NCBI GenBank assembly: GCA_963776275.1
Contig: CAVZMI010000014.1
Location: 115,083-179,082 of the forward strand
DNA length: 64,000 bases
Source: Ignavibacteriota bacterium
Lineage (GTDB): Bacteria > Bacteroidota > Ignavibacteria > UBA10030 > CAVZMI01
Reading direction: 5' to 3'
Below are positions 21,597 to 31,548 of this stretch, piece by piece; positions within the stretch are counted from its first letter, which is position 1, and each line of letters starts with the position of its first letter. The position numbers and the translations under genes were made by a program. The notes below the pieces were generated by a model, which had not been told where the DNA came from, made no database searches, and saw only the letters and a list, made by a program, of their open reading frames with translations.

Positions 21597-23987
21597 ATGC
21601 AATACGGATATTTTGACGACAAAAATAAAGAGTATGTTATTAAAAGGCCCGATACACCAAGGTCCTGGAGTAATTATCTCGGTTCGACAGAATACGGTGC
21701 TATCATCACCAATAATGCAGGCGGATATAGTTTTTATCACTCTGCCGCACAGGGACGGTTTACCCGGCTCCGGTTCAATACTATTCCGATGGATCAGCCG
21801 GGCCGCTATCTTTATGTCCATGATAAAGACAGTAAGGATTTTTGGTCGACTTCCTGGCAGCCTGTAGGAAAATCGCTGAAGGTATATAAATCCGAATGCC
21901 GGCATGGTACCGCGTATACAAAAATCTTGTCAGAATACTCGAACATAAAAACCGAGACTCTGTACTTCGTACCGTTAAACAAAACCTATGAATGCTGGTT
22001 GGTGAAGGTGACAAATACAGGCCGGAAAAAAAGGAATTTAAAATTGTTTACATATGTCGAATATGCAAACAATTGGAATATCTATCAGGATCAAATTAAC
22101 CTCCAGTACTCCCAGTATATTATGAAAATGGGTGTCGTGAAAAAAATGATCGACCACGGCACCAATGTCATGATGCCTTACGGAGAAGAACGAATTGAAG
22201 GCGTCGAACAGGCTCGCCATTCGTTTTTAGCTGTGAGCGGCGCTCCCGTGAAAGGCTTCGATACAGACCGGAATGTATTCCTCGGGCCCTATCGAACATA
22301 TGCCGACCCGATTGTAGTGGAACAAGGACGCTGCAAGAATTCGATAGCCGTTGGCGATAATGCATGCGGCGTCTTGCAGGTCGATATCTCACTTCGACCG
22401 GGTGAATCAAAAGAGCTGGTTGTCCTCATGGGCATCGGGATGGCGGGTATCGAAGGAAAACAGGCGGTGCGAGAGTCGGGGAAACCGGAGAAAGTGCGCA
22501 AGGAATTTAACAAGCTAAAAAGTTTTTGGCATACTCGCCTGAAAGGAATGACCGCCAAAACGCCAGATAAAGAGCTTAACAGCATGCTGAATATGTGGAA
22601 CCCATACAACTGTCTTATCACTTATGCCTGGTCGAGAGCAGCAAGTCTCATTTATACGGGTGAGCGGGACGGCTTGGGATATCGTGATACGGTACAGGAT
22701 ATGCTAGGTGTTCTCCATACAATTCCAGATGAGGTGAAAGAGCGTCTTGAGCTCATGATTACCGGACAGGTCTCTACGGGTGGTGCAATGCCCGTAGTCA
22801 AGCCATTTCTACACAAGCCGGGGAGTGAAAAGGCTCCGGAAGAAAAAGAATATCGTTCGGATGATTGTATGTGGTTGTTCAATACTATACCTGCCTATGT
22901 AAAAGAGACCGGCGATATCGCATTTTATGACAAAGTTCTGCCGTACGCCGACAAAGGCCAGGATACGGTGGTTGGACATTTAAGACGGGCGATACAATTT
23001 AATCTGGATCGTTCGGGAGCGCACGGCCTGCCCTGCGGTTTATTGGCGGACTGGAACGACTGTCTGGAACTCGGCCATAACGGTGAAACCACATTCGTGG
23101 CGTTTCAATTACGATATGCACTGAAGACCTACATCGAGATTTGTGAAATGCTCAACAAACCCGATGAAGTGCGATGGGCACAGGGTTGTCTCAACAGGTT
23201 GGATGAAAATCTTGAGAAACATGCATGGGATGGTGAATGGTATCTGCGTGCTTATCGGGCAGACGGTTTGAAATTCGGTTCAAAGGAAAATAGCGAGGCG
23301 TCGATTTTCCTGGAACCGCAACCCTGGGCTATATATAGCGGACATACGTCAAGGGAGCAATCCGAAAAATTAATGGACGTTGTCGATAAACACCTTTCAA
23401 CGAATTTCGGTCTTATGATCTGCGCTCCACCGATCGAAAAAACCGATCCACGAGTAATCAAGGCGAGGTTGTTCAACAAGGGAATGAAGGAGAATGCCTC
23501 AGTTTTCTGTCATACCCAGGGTTGGGCAGTTATAGCTAAAACGCTCATAGGCAGAGGGAAACAGGCTTATGATCTTTATCGAAAATTCATGCCTGCGGCA
23601 TATAACACAAAAGCAGAAATTCGCCAGATCGAACCGTATGTGTATAACCAGTTTACCAACAGCAAATACAATACGCGGTACGGTGCTTCTCGCCTCCCGT
23701 GGTTGAGTGGGAGTGCGTCGTGGGCATATTATACTGTTACACAATATATCCTCGGTATTCAACCGGATTACTCCGGCTTGCGCATCGATCCTTGTATACC
23801 GCCTCAATGGAAAGAGATTCAGATAACAAGAAGATACAGGAAGAAAAACTTCAACATCAAAATTGAAAATAGGAACGGCGCTCAAAAAGGTGTAAAGAAA
23901 CTGATCGTCAACAGTGAAGAAATAAACGGCAATCTTATTCCTTTGGATTTAATGAAAGAAGATAACGAAGTCCTTGTTGTGATGTAA
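21597..23987 (+). CDS. GH94 phosphorylase (cellodextrin/chitobiose phosphorylase-like)
   Basis: MQYGYFDDKNKEYVI..PDTPRSWSNYLG, GERDGLGYRDTVQD, RSDDCMWL, ADWNDCL, KENASVFCH, WLSGSASW, LRIDPCIP. Confidence 0.92.
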   Translation: MQYGYFDDKNKEYVIKRPDTPRSWSNYLGSTEYGAIITNNAGGYSFYHSAAQGRFTRLRFNTIPMDQPGRYLYVHDKDSKDFWSTSWQPVGKSLKVYKSECRHGTAYTKILSEYSNIKTETLYFVPLNKTYECWLVKVTNTGRKKRNLKLFTYVEYANNWNIYQDQINLQYSQYIMKMGVVKKMIDHGTNVMMPYGEERIEGVEQARHSFLAVSGAPVKGFDTDRNVFLGPYRTYADPIVVEQGRCKNSIAVGDNACGVLQVDISLRPGESKELVVLMGIGMAGIEGKQAVRESGKPEKVRKEFNKLKSFWHTRLKGMTAKTPDKELNSMLNMWNPYNCLITYAWSRAASLIYTGERDGLGYRDTVQDMLGVLHTIPDEVKERLELMITGQVSTGGAMPVVKPFLHKPGSEKAPEEKEYRSDDCMWLFNTIPAYVKETGDIAFYDKVLPYADKGQDTVVGHLRRAIQFNLDRSGAHGLPCGLLADWNDCLELGHNGETTFVAFQLRYALKTYIEICEMLNKPDEVRWAQGCLNRLDENLEKHAWDGEWYLRAYRADGLKFGSKENSEASIFLEPQPWAIYSGHTSREQSEKLMDVVDKHLSTNFGLMICAPPIEKTDPRVIKARLFNKGMKENASVFCHTQGWAVIAKTLIGRGKQAYDLYRKFMPAAYNTKAEIRQIEPYVYNQFTNSKYNTRYGASRLPWLSGSASWAYYTVTQYILGIQPDYSGLRIDPCIPPQWKEIQITRRYRKKNFNIKIENRNGAQKGVKKLIVNSEEINGNLIPLDLMKEDNEVLVVM

Positions 23988-23997
23988 TTGTGAGTTG

Positions 23998-24216
23998 TCC
24001 TCCTCCGGCGGGCTCAGGGCAAGTATCGAGGCCGCGTTGCTGGAATTATTATTTCTTTATAGTTACCTCGATACGTACCAATCCACTCAATTAAAGTGGT
24101 GCTTTGCTGACGCGGATTGGTACTACTCGGTAACCTGGCCCTTTATTTCTGATCTAGGTATAAACAACCAGGTGGCCGAGTTAGAACGCCATTTCAACAA
24201 CCATATCGAGGCCACT
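23998..24216. repeat. Cluster of REP/BIME-like palindromes
   Basis: Units GTTACCTCGATA..ACTCGGTAAC (24062-24134) and GTGGCCGAGT..TATCGAGGCCAC (24172-24215) lie in opposite orientation, joined by a linker. They are homologous to the reverse complement of 44623-44779. A GGCTCAGGGCAAG-type element sits at ~24001-24023. Confidence 0.8.
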
Positions 24217-24634
24217 GGTTAATAAATAAAAATCGAAAATTATTACAATTGATAAATTTTATTTGAGAATCGTTCACCTCGGCTAGCTTTCAAGGTAGCT
24301 GTTCGAATCCGCGGTTTAGTTGTTCGATAGACTCATGATGAGTAAGCTCACCGCGAGTTCGGGGAACTGGATATCGTATAAAACAAGAGGATCAACAGCC
24401 AGATGGCCGAACGTCCACCCCACAGATTCACGTTTTTTCCCTCTCAGAAAAACGTAGTATCCCCCCATTATAGTGTATTATCATAGTTGACAATACGGTT
24501 ATTATCAGCATGATAATAATTCCGAGGGATTACCATGACTTGTACCGGAAAAAGCCCTTTTTTATATGGCACAGATGTTGCAAAAACAGAGTCGGCTGTT
24601 AGGTGTAAAGTATAGTCTGGAGAAAGGCATTATA

Positions 24635-25644
24635 ATGCGTACAGAGGTTGCACTTGGCGTGGATATCGGCGGCACCAACACTGCCTTTGGTTATGTGGAT
24701 CGAAAAGGGAGATGTCTTGCAAGTGATTCTATTCCTACCAATGCCCATCAGCCGGCTGAATTATTCTTTGGGCGGTTACATAAAAGTACGACAGCGCTTC
24801 TCGACAGCATTCAAGAGAAATGTGAATTGATCGGTATCGGTATCGGTGCACCAATGCAAATTACTACAACGGAACGATAGATCATCCTCCTAATTTAAGT
24901 TGGGAGTACGTCAATGTCTTTGCTGAAATGAGGAAGTATTTCAATGTGCCCGTGGCTATAACGAACGATGCAAATGCCGCAGCCCTCGGCGAATTGTTAT
25001 TCGGTGCCGCCCAGGGCATGAGAGATTTCATTGTCATCACGCTGGGTACCGGATTGGGCAGCGGTATTGTCGCAAATGGCGAATTAATCTATGGAGCGGA
25101 TGGAAATGCAGGAGAGATCGGCCATACGATCGTCGATCTAAAGGGACGGGAATGTGGATGCGGCCGTCGCGGTTGCCTTGAAACATACGTTTCCGCCACC
25201 GGTATACGTCGGACGGTGCACGAGCTGATTTGCAATACCGACGTGCCGAGCGATCTTCGTCATGTGAGTTTCGAGGAGCTGACTTCGAAAATGATCTATG
25301 ATGCGGCCCAGCGCGGTGACCGGCTGGCGCTCGAGGCATTCGAGTACACGGGAAGAATTCTAGGAATGAAACTTGCCGATTCGGTAGCTCATCTGAGTCC
25401 GGAAGCCATCGTTTTCTTTGGCGGTTTAGCTGCAGCCGGCGATCTGCTTTTCAAGCCAACTAAACGATCGATGGAGGAACATCTTTTTGGTATTTTCAAG
25501 AACAAGGTAAAACTGCTGCCTTCAGGGTTTGCCGACGGCAATTCGGCGGTGATCGGAGCGAGCGCGTTGATCTGGAATGATTTGCAGAGAAAATCGGACA
25601 CACAAGATCGTACTCGCTTACGGAGAAAATTATTCAATAATTAA
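24635..25644 (+). CDS. ROK-family sugar kinase (glucokinase-like), frameshift near 24853
   Basis: LGVDIGGTNT, IGIGAP/NANYYNG, TNDANAAALGE, ITLGTGLGSG, GEIGH..CGCGRRGCLE, FFGGL. Confidence 0.9.
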
Positions 25645-25675
25645 GAATTGTTCAGGTTAAGTTCCATCCTCCTTC

Positions 25676-25737
25676 ATGTGGGGCTATATCCCGCGCTTTA
25701 TGATTTCTTGGGAATCATACGGGGTTATGCCCCACAT
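25676..25737. repeat. Long imperfect hairpin (REP-like or terminator)
   Basis: ATGTGGGGC...GCCCCACAT outer stem with an inner TATGATT/AATCATA stem. Confidence 0.6.
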
Positions 25738-25750
25738 TCTTTTTCATATA

Positions 25751-25852
25751 TCGCTTGTCATTGTGTTGTTTCTCGGTATCGTTGTGGTGGGTATACTTAT
25801 CTCAATGTATCTTCCGATGTTTGATCTGGTAAATGTTATAGGCGGAGGGTAA
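25751..25852 (+). pseudogene. Orphan 3' fragment of a PilC/GspF (T2SS F family) gene
   Basis: Hand translation gives SLVIVLFLGIVVVGILISMYLPMFDLVNVIGGG*, matching the PilC/GspF C-terminal ..IAMYLPMF.. signature. No upstream coding part is present. Confidence 0.75.
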
Positions 25853-26026
25853 AAGATTATAAGAGGATTTTATAAGTTACCTCTTTTGACGTCGTTTGAA
25901 GAGTTGTGATGTGAGAACAAAACTATTTAGAAAATATCTTGCGGTTAATTTTAAAAATAATCATCCTCCCCGCGTTCCCCTTGAAGTCTTAAAAAGAGAT
26001 GCAACCATCATTTCGTAATATTTATC

Positions 26027-26675
26027 TTACAAATTTAGTAGATCGTCGATCGATATTGCCGATAGATTAGGAACAACGATCGAAGCGTTCGGCAGTCTTT
26101 CCATAGGCCCGATCCCAAGTGCTTTCATCCCTGCGCGCCGTGCGGCTTCGATGCCGGTAACGGCATCTTCAACGACAATACAGAGGAGAGGAGGGACGCC
26201 GAGATTTTTTGCAGCAAGGAGAAATATTTCAGGGTCAGGCTTTGAATTTTCTATCGCGTATCCATCGACAATGGTATCGATCAATGTTCCCGATACCGAC
26301 CTGCTGAATAATGGTCTTTGTGTTACGGCTGTTTGAGGCAACGGCAATTTTAATTCCGCGTTTCCTGAGTTCCTTAAGGGCAGTAAGGGCACCGGGTAGA
26401 AGCACTTCATGCGTTACGGTTGAGAGCGATTCGACATAATACTTATTTTTCCTGTCGGCTAATTCCTGTTTCTGTTCGGGGGTAAAGCTTCTGCCCGCAG
26501 CCCTGGTGAGAATTTCCACGCACTCCATCCTTGCCACGCCGCGGAATTTATTATTGAATTCATGATTGAAAAAATCGAATTTCTCTTCGTCGGCAAGTTT
26601 TTTCCACGAACGGTAATGGTACTCATCCGTTGAGACCAGTACGCCATCAAGATCAAAGAGTACGGCTTTAATCAA
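26027..26675 (-). CDS. pgmB: Beta-phosphoglucomutase-family HAD hydrolase (frameshift near 26288)
   Basis: KAVLFDLDGVLVSTDEYHYRSW, IAVASNSRN, SKPDPEIFLLAA, IVVEDAVTGIEAA; two ORFs joined by one extra base. Confidence 0.8.
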
Positions 26676-26741
26676 AGAATTTCTGACTCCTGTATGTTAA
26701 GATTTATTGTATAATTTACGAAGAATTCCGCCGATTATCAA

Positions 26742-26779
26742 AAAAAATCCCAATCGGTGACGACCGGTTGGGATTTTTT
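26742..26779. terminator. Intrinsic terminator
   Basis: AAAAAATCCCAATCGGT-GACG-ACCGGTTGGGATTTTTT, just downstream of the minus-strand lipoprotein gene. Confidence 0.8.
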
Positions 26780-26813
26780 ATGTCCGATTACTTTTGTGCA
26801 CAAACTTAAAATT

Positions 26814-27489
26814 CTAGTTTTCCGCGGAAGAATATATATACATGCTTCCCGAGGCGCCGCTTTCCGGCACAAGTTGCAAGTACACAAGTCCGAACTTATG
26901 ATTTGCCTTGTAGACAATTTTCTTCACGCCGGGAATTAGCGAATTTTGCTCGACGGTAATTACTTTGATCAGATACAGTCCGTACGAGAAATCATCATCC
27001 GTCGATTTTGTAGTCACTGTTCTTGTAATTGTCTTGCCATCCGATCCTGTTAATGGGTATTGGTCACCGACACTGCAATCGTATTTCACCATGGTATGGA
27101 GTTTATGATCGGGATTAAATGTGTCCTGAATACCATCGGAAGTGATTTTAAACTGGACTTCCGTGTTCAATCTGCCCAAAGAATCCTTCATCGACGGCTG
27201 GAAATAATTATTCAGAACAGCCAGCTCGGGAACCTTGCTGAGGTCAGCCACAATTTTTACCGTAACGATACCGTTGTCGTTTTTTGTAATTGTCATCGGC
27301 TGCAAGACAGTATAAATTTTGTTTCCTATCATTACTCCAGAATTCGTGAATTGAGTTCCAACCTGACCGAGGGGTGTATTTACCTCACCGCCCAAATCGT
27401 TCGGACTGTCTCGGACTATCGTCTTTTTTACATGAGGCAAAAAATAATGTTAGCAACAAACTGCTGCACAATAGAGCCACTTTTTTCAT
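26814..27489 (-). CDS. Hypothetical lipoprotein (frameshift near 27411)
   Basis: A GGAGG RBS precedes ATG at 27489: MKKVALLCSSLLLTLFFAS-CKKDDSP (lipobox). It continues in ORF 26814..27440 after one extra base; the mature part is beta-rich. Confidence 0.7.
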
Positions 27490-27666
27490 ACTCAACCTCC
27501 TCGAAATATCACATTATCACAAAGAAATTTGATTTATTGGAGAATTTTTCCCCTGAAGTACTGAAGAGGATTGTTTATATAAAGTATTCGTATTTTCATA
27601 AAAATGCAACAGGTAAAACCGGAGTGAAAGGGAAAATATTACGATCTAAGTTTGTATCAGGTCAGA

Positions 27667-28165
27667 TTATTGAGATGACGCCGAATCAGATATGTCGGTT
27701 TGCGTATTCTCGTTTTTTTGTTTCTCGAGTAGGATGGAAAAAATGAGGAAATAGAAAAAGAACGGCGAGAAAAGATTAATGACAAGGATATGAAGGAAAC
27801 CGATGCCGTAGATGAAAAGAAATGAGAGAATCAAGAAAAGCGGAATTCACATACAGCGACAGCATAAGGGATTGGAGTCTGATCCGTTGGATAGTATCAG
27901 TTTCGATTTTTTCACGGGAAAAGCAGAGGAATACAAGTCCGCACAGCAGCAAGATTCCCGCAATTTCGTCCGTGATATTGTGATATATAAAGCTGAAATA
28001 TTTTGTCTCGAAGAAGGAATAATAGAATACGAAAACTTTTAAATCCAGCCACTGAGGTTTGAAATCATGCTGAAATCGCAGCAGGCCTATGATAAAACCG
28101 GCAGTAGAGAATATCCATCCCACGGCTTTGAAATATCGCGGTAAGAGAAAAGACTTTTGTAAAAT
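27667..28165 (-). CDS. Hypothetical membrane protein (frameshift near 27838; start uncertain)
   Basis: LLPRYFKAVGWIFS..NITDEIAGILLLCGLVFLCFSREKIE..IQRIRLQSLMLSLYVN, then FLILSFLFIYGIGFLHILVINLFSP after the frameshift; about four hydrophobic segments. Confidence 0.6.
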
Positions 28166-28378
28166 AGGACCACCTTGAATTTTTTAAGATATTTTATTTC
28201 GAAATATCACAGATTATTCACCCGTATAAAGTATCTGGTTTTTGCTTCAATTACAATGGAATGTTGACCGGTCGCCGATACGTATTGGTTTCCGTGATAA
28301 CGATTATTTGCAATTCAACATCAGACTTCTGCTATTCTCTTCGGCGATGAAGTATTAGAATTTTTTATTGTGGTTCAT

Positions 28379-29185
28379 TTAAAGCTGCATCCTTAAAATT
28401 CCCTTTCTTAATCTGATTCTGAAGGCATGGTAAAGGTATAATCCTGCCAGGGAAATATAGAAACAGTTCAGTCCCAATCCTATCCAGAAAAGGCTCCACT
28501 TCATTGTGCCAGTTGTCAGTACATGCCGCCCGGACTCAAAAATATAGGTCGTCGGCAGAATCCGCGCAATGTATTGTGCCCATTGAGGAAGAATGGAAAC
28601 AGGGTAATAAATTGCCGAGAACGGCAGCAGGATCATTCCGAATGACCATGCAAGGGCTTGAATTCTCTGTCCGTATCTCATGATCAAACCGGAAATGAGG
28701 AGTGCGATCCAGGTTCCGGCAAGAACAAGCAGAAACACGAACGGTGCCAGATAGTATCCAAAGGTTAGAATATTCACGCTGTACAGAAAAAATGCAAGAA
28801 GGGCTACAAGTGATGCGGAAAGAAATGCTTTTATGAATCCGACAATCACCGACGCAACGATCCACTCGGAAAGCGTCAGGGGAGAGCCGAAAATGTTAAT
28901 GAGATTTCGACTCCATATATCGTCGAGGAGACCAAACGGGACATCCGAGCTTATCCGCAGTGTGATAAGCCAGAAGATGATTGCGGAGACGATTGCGATT
29001 ACGAAATAATTGGCACCGGGCGTTCCGGATTGCGTCGCAAGTGTTTTTTGAAAATAGAGACTCGTCATTCCCCAGAGAAGTACATCGATAATCGGGAATA
29101 AAAATATTTCGGTGTATTTGTCAAAACTGTGCTTGAAGTTGTACAAATGCCTGAGTATTAATGCATAAATGCGGTACGCCTTCAT
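28379..29185 (-). CDS. ABC-2 type transporter permease
   Basis: About six TM segments; FPIIDVLLWG, DIWSRNLINIFGSP, FSAIYYPVSILPQW; overlaps the ATPase stop. Confidence 0.88.
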   Translation of the reverse strand: MKAYRIYALILRHLYNFKHSFDKYTEIFLFPIIDVLLWGMTSLYFQKTLATQSGTPGANYFVIAIVSAIIFWLITLRISSDVPFGLLDDIWSRNLINIFGSPLTLSEWIVASVIVGFIKAFLSASLVALLAFFLYSVNILTFGYYLAPFVFLLVLAGTWIALLISGLIMRYGQRIQALAWSFGMILLPFSAIYYPVSILPQWAQYIARILPTTYIFESGRHVLTTGTMKWSLFWIGLGLNCFYISLAGLYLYHAFRIRLRKGILRMQL

Positions 29186-30096
29186 CTGGTTATCCTATTC
29201 ACTGTGGAGATGAAATAGTCTTCGAGCGACGGCTGATCGATGCTGATTTCGTCGTACCGTATTCCGAGAGCAGTAATGTCGCTCAGGAGACGTGCAATCT
29301 GTTTCTCGTTGATATCGATGATGATAAATCTTCCATCGGCCCTCATTTGCAGTTTTTTCTCTTTACAGAATCTCCGAAGTTTCCTTATATTTTTGCTGAC
29401 AAGAAGCTGGATATGAGAAATTTGAATAGTTTTTGCAAGATTCTGGGGCGTATCGTCTGCAATGATTTTTCCACGATTGATGAAGATGACCCGATCACAC
29501 ACTTCCTCGACTTCCGCCATGTTATGAGAAGTCATTATGATTGAAATATCCAGTTTTTTCCTCTGATTCGTAATAAACGAACGGACATAGTGAGCAACAT
29601 CTGGATCTAATGATGCCGTCGGTTCATCAAGGAGGAGTACCTCAGGAGAATTCAGAAATGCCTTGGCCAGATTCAGGCGAGTCATCTGGCCTGCAGAGAG
29701 TGTATCGATGGATTGTGGTAGTAATTCATTCAGGCCGAATAATTCGACGATCTCATCGATCCGCTTTTTCCGATTTTCGATGGCATAGAGATATGAAAGC
29801 ACGCGCAGGTTTTCACGGACGGTGAGAACCCAGGGTAGATTCATGTAGGTTGAGGAGAAATTTATCCGGTTGAGAATATATTCTCGCTCCGCCGTGAGAT
29901 TCTTCTCAAAGAAAAATATTTCGCCGGCGGTGGGTTCCAGGACGCCCAGCAGCATCTGCAGTGTGGTTGTCTTGCCTGCGCCGTTGGGCCCCAGGAGGCC
30001 TAGAATTTCCCCCTTCTTCAATGAAAAAGAGATATGATCTACGGCAACCAGATTTTCGAAAACCTTCGTAAGGTTGACTACTTCAACGATATTCAT
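29182..30096 (-). CDS. ABC transporter ATP-binding protein
   Basis: Walker A GPNGAGKTT, signature LSAGQ, Walker B LLLDEPT, H-loop TSHNM; start set at MNIVEV from the promoter position. Confidence 0.93.
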   Translation of the reverse strand: MNIVEVVNLTKVFENLVAVDHISFSLKKGEILGLLGPNGAGKTTTLQMLLGVLEPTAGEIFFFEKNLTAEREYILNRINFSSTYMNLPWVLTVRENLRVLSYLYAIENRKKRIDEIVELFGLNELLPQSIDTLSAGQMTRLNLAKAFLNSPEVLLLDEPTASLDPDVAHYVRSFITNQRKKLDISIIMTSHNMAEVEEVCDRVIFINRGKIIADDTPQNLAKTIQISHIQLLVSKNIRKLRRFCKEKKLQMRADGRFIIIDINEKQIARLLSDITALGIRYDEISIDQPSLEDYFISTVNRITR

Positions 30097-30134
30097 CAGA
30101 TCCTGTTTCCAAGATTTCTTATGAAGAACAATCA

Positions 30135-30163
30135 AGTATAAGAAGAGGTTGCATTATGTTCAA
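30135..30163 (-). promoter_or_regulatory. Sigma70-type promoter of the ABC operon
   Basis: Minus strand TTGAAC-17 nt-TATACT. Confidence 0.55.
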
Positions 30164-30249
30164 TAGGAAAATTCCGACGAGCCCGTACTGCAACCGGCAG
30201 AGGAAAAGAGTCCAGCGATTCCTCAGAGGGGTCTTTTTTAAAAAAACGC

Positions 30250-30278
30250 TTGACTTTCACGTTGATCACACGTATTAT
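30250..30278 (+). promoter_or_regulatory. Sigma70-type promoter of the galKT-LacI operon
   Basis: TTGACT-17 nt-TATTAT. Confidence 0.65.
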
Positions 30279-30292
30279 TTCATTTATAGAAA

Positions 30293-30310
30293 TATGTTAG
30301 CGCTAACATA
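30293..30310. promoter_or_regulatory. LacI-family operator
   Basis: Perfect 18-bp palindrome TATGTTAGCGCTAACATA with central CG, between the promoter and galK; a LacI gene lies in the same operon. Confidence 0.85.
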
Positions 30311-30319
30311 AATTTCGTA

Positions 30320-31510
30320 TTGATGAGCATAGAAATGAACGAACCCTCACATTCAAAACAGCTCTTGCTCCAAAAAATATTTGCACACAGATTTGATAAC
30401 CACACCGACAAAGTAGTCGTGAGATCTCCGGGAAGAATAAATCTGATCGGTGAACACACCGATTATAATGAAGGATTTGTTCTTCCTGCCGCTATCAATC
30501 TGGGAATTTGTTTTGTTGTTGCGCCTCGAAACGATCGTGAGTTTCATTTTGTCGCAGCGGATATGATGGAAGAAGAATTTGAGTGCACATTACAAACGCT
30601 GAATAAATCTTCGAAAAGCTGGCCGAACTATCTTTTGGGGGTTATCGAACAGATGGTCAAAGCCGGTCATGATCTCCATGGGTGCAATGTTGTGTTTGGC
30701 GGAGATATTCCTATCGGTGCCGGACTCTCCTCATCGGCGGCGGTGGAGGCGGGATTTGCTTTTGCGCTCAATACTATTTTCTCCCTGGGATTGACACCGG
30801 TTGAGCTTGTTCATATTGCTCAGAAAGCTGAAAGGGAATTTGTCGGCGTTCAATGCGGCATCATGGATCAATTTATCAATATCTTCAGCAAAGAGAAGAA
30901 AGTATTAAGACTCGATTGCCGGACGCTGGAATATGAGTACTTCCCCTTTGAGTACGATCATGTCTGTTTTGTGCTATGCGATACGGGTGTCAGCAGACAA
31001 CTGGCTGCTTCCCAGTATAACACGCGGCGAAGCCAGTGTGAAGGCGGTGTCGCATTTCTTCAAAAATATGACGCAACTATCAAAAGCCTTCGTGATGTGA
31101 CAATGGAACTCCTTGAACAATATAAGAATGTTTTTGATCCGCTTCTCTATAAACGATGCGAGTATGTTGTGAGAGAGAATGCGAGAGTCCTATCGGCGTG
31201 TGAAGCTCTGCTTAGCCACGATCTCCATGCATTTGGCAGGCTTATGTTTCAATCACATGCAGGACTTCGGGATGGATACGAAGTAAGTTGCCGTGAACTC
31301 GATCTCCTTGTTGACATTGCCTCCACTGTTCCGGGTGTGATCGGAGCGCGCATGATGGGAGCCGGTTTTGGCGGGTGCACATTGAATCTTGTAGGGAAAC
31401 GCCATTGCGAGGAATTCACGCAGATCATCTGTTCTGAATATAAGAAAGCAACCAATCGCGATATGCAAACGTATGTAGTGCAGATTCAAGCGGGAACTGC
31501 CTTTGTGTGA
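30320..31510 (+). CDS. galK: Galactokinase
   Basis: SPGRINLIGEHTDYN, IPIGAGLSSSAA, CGIMDQF, GARMMGAGFGG. Confidence 0.96.
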   Translation: MMSIEMNEPSHSKQLLLQKIFAHRFDNHTDKVVVRSPGRINLIGEHTDYNEGFVLPAAINLGICFVVAPRNDREFHFVAADMMEEEFECTLQTLNKSSKSWPNYLLGVIEQMVKAGHDLHGCNVVFGGDIPIGAGLSSSAAVEAGFAFALNTIFSLGLTPVELVHIAQKAEREFVGVQCGIMDQFINIFSKEKKVLRLDCRTLEYEYFPFEYDHVCFVLCDTGVSRQLAASQYNTRRSQCEGGVAFLQKYDATIKSLRDVTMELLEQYKNVFDPLLYKRCEYVVRENARVLSACEALLSHDLHAFGRLMFQSHAGLRDGYEVSCRELDLLVDIASTVPGVIGARMMGAGFGGCTLNLVGKRHCEEFTQIICSEYKKATNRDMQTYVVQIQAGTAFV

Positions 31511-31548
31511 GATTCCCAGAAGAATTCTTTTATGAAAGGTGTGTTTCC

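Noticed and set aside
24062-24216. Possible integron attC sites
   Set aside because: No consistent RYYYAAC/GTTRRRY ends, no cassette ORFs between units and no integrase.
24487-24517. TTGACA plus ATTATCA-GCA-TGATAAT inverted repeat as a ROK-gene promoter/operator
   Set aside because: Spacing to a -10 box is non-canonical and no cognate regulator can be assigned; plausible but unsupported.
27060-27746. 228-aa plus-strand ORF
   Set aside because: It is the antisense shadow of the lipoprotein gene plus intergenic DNA and has no recognisable motifs.
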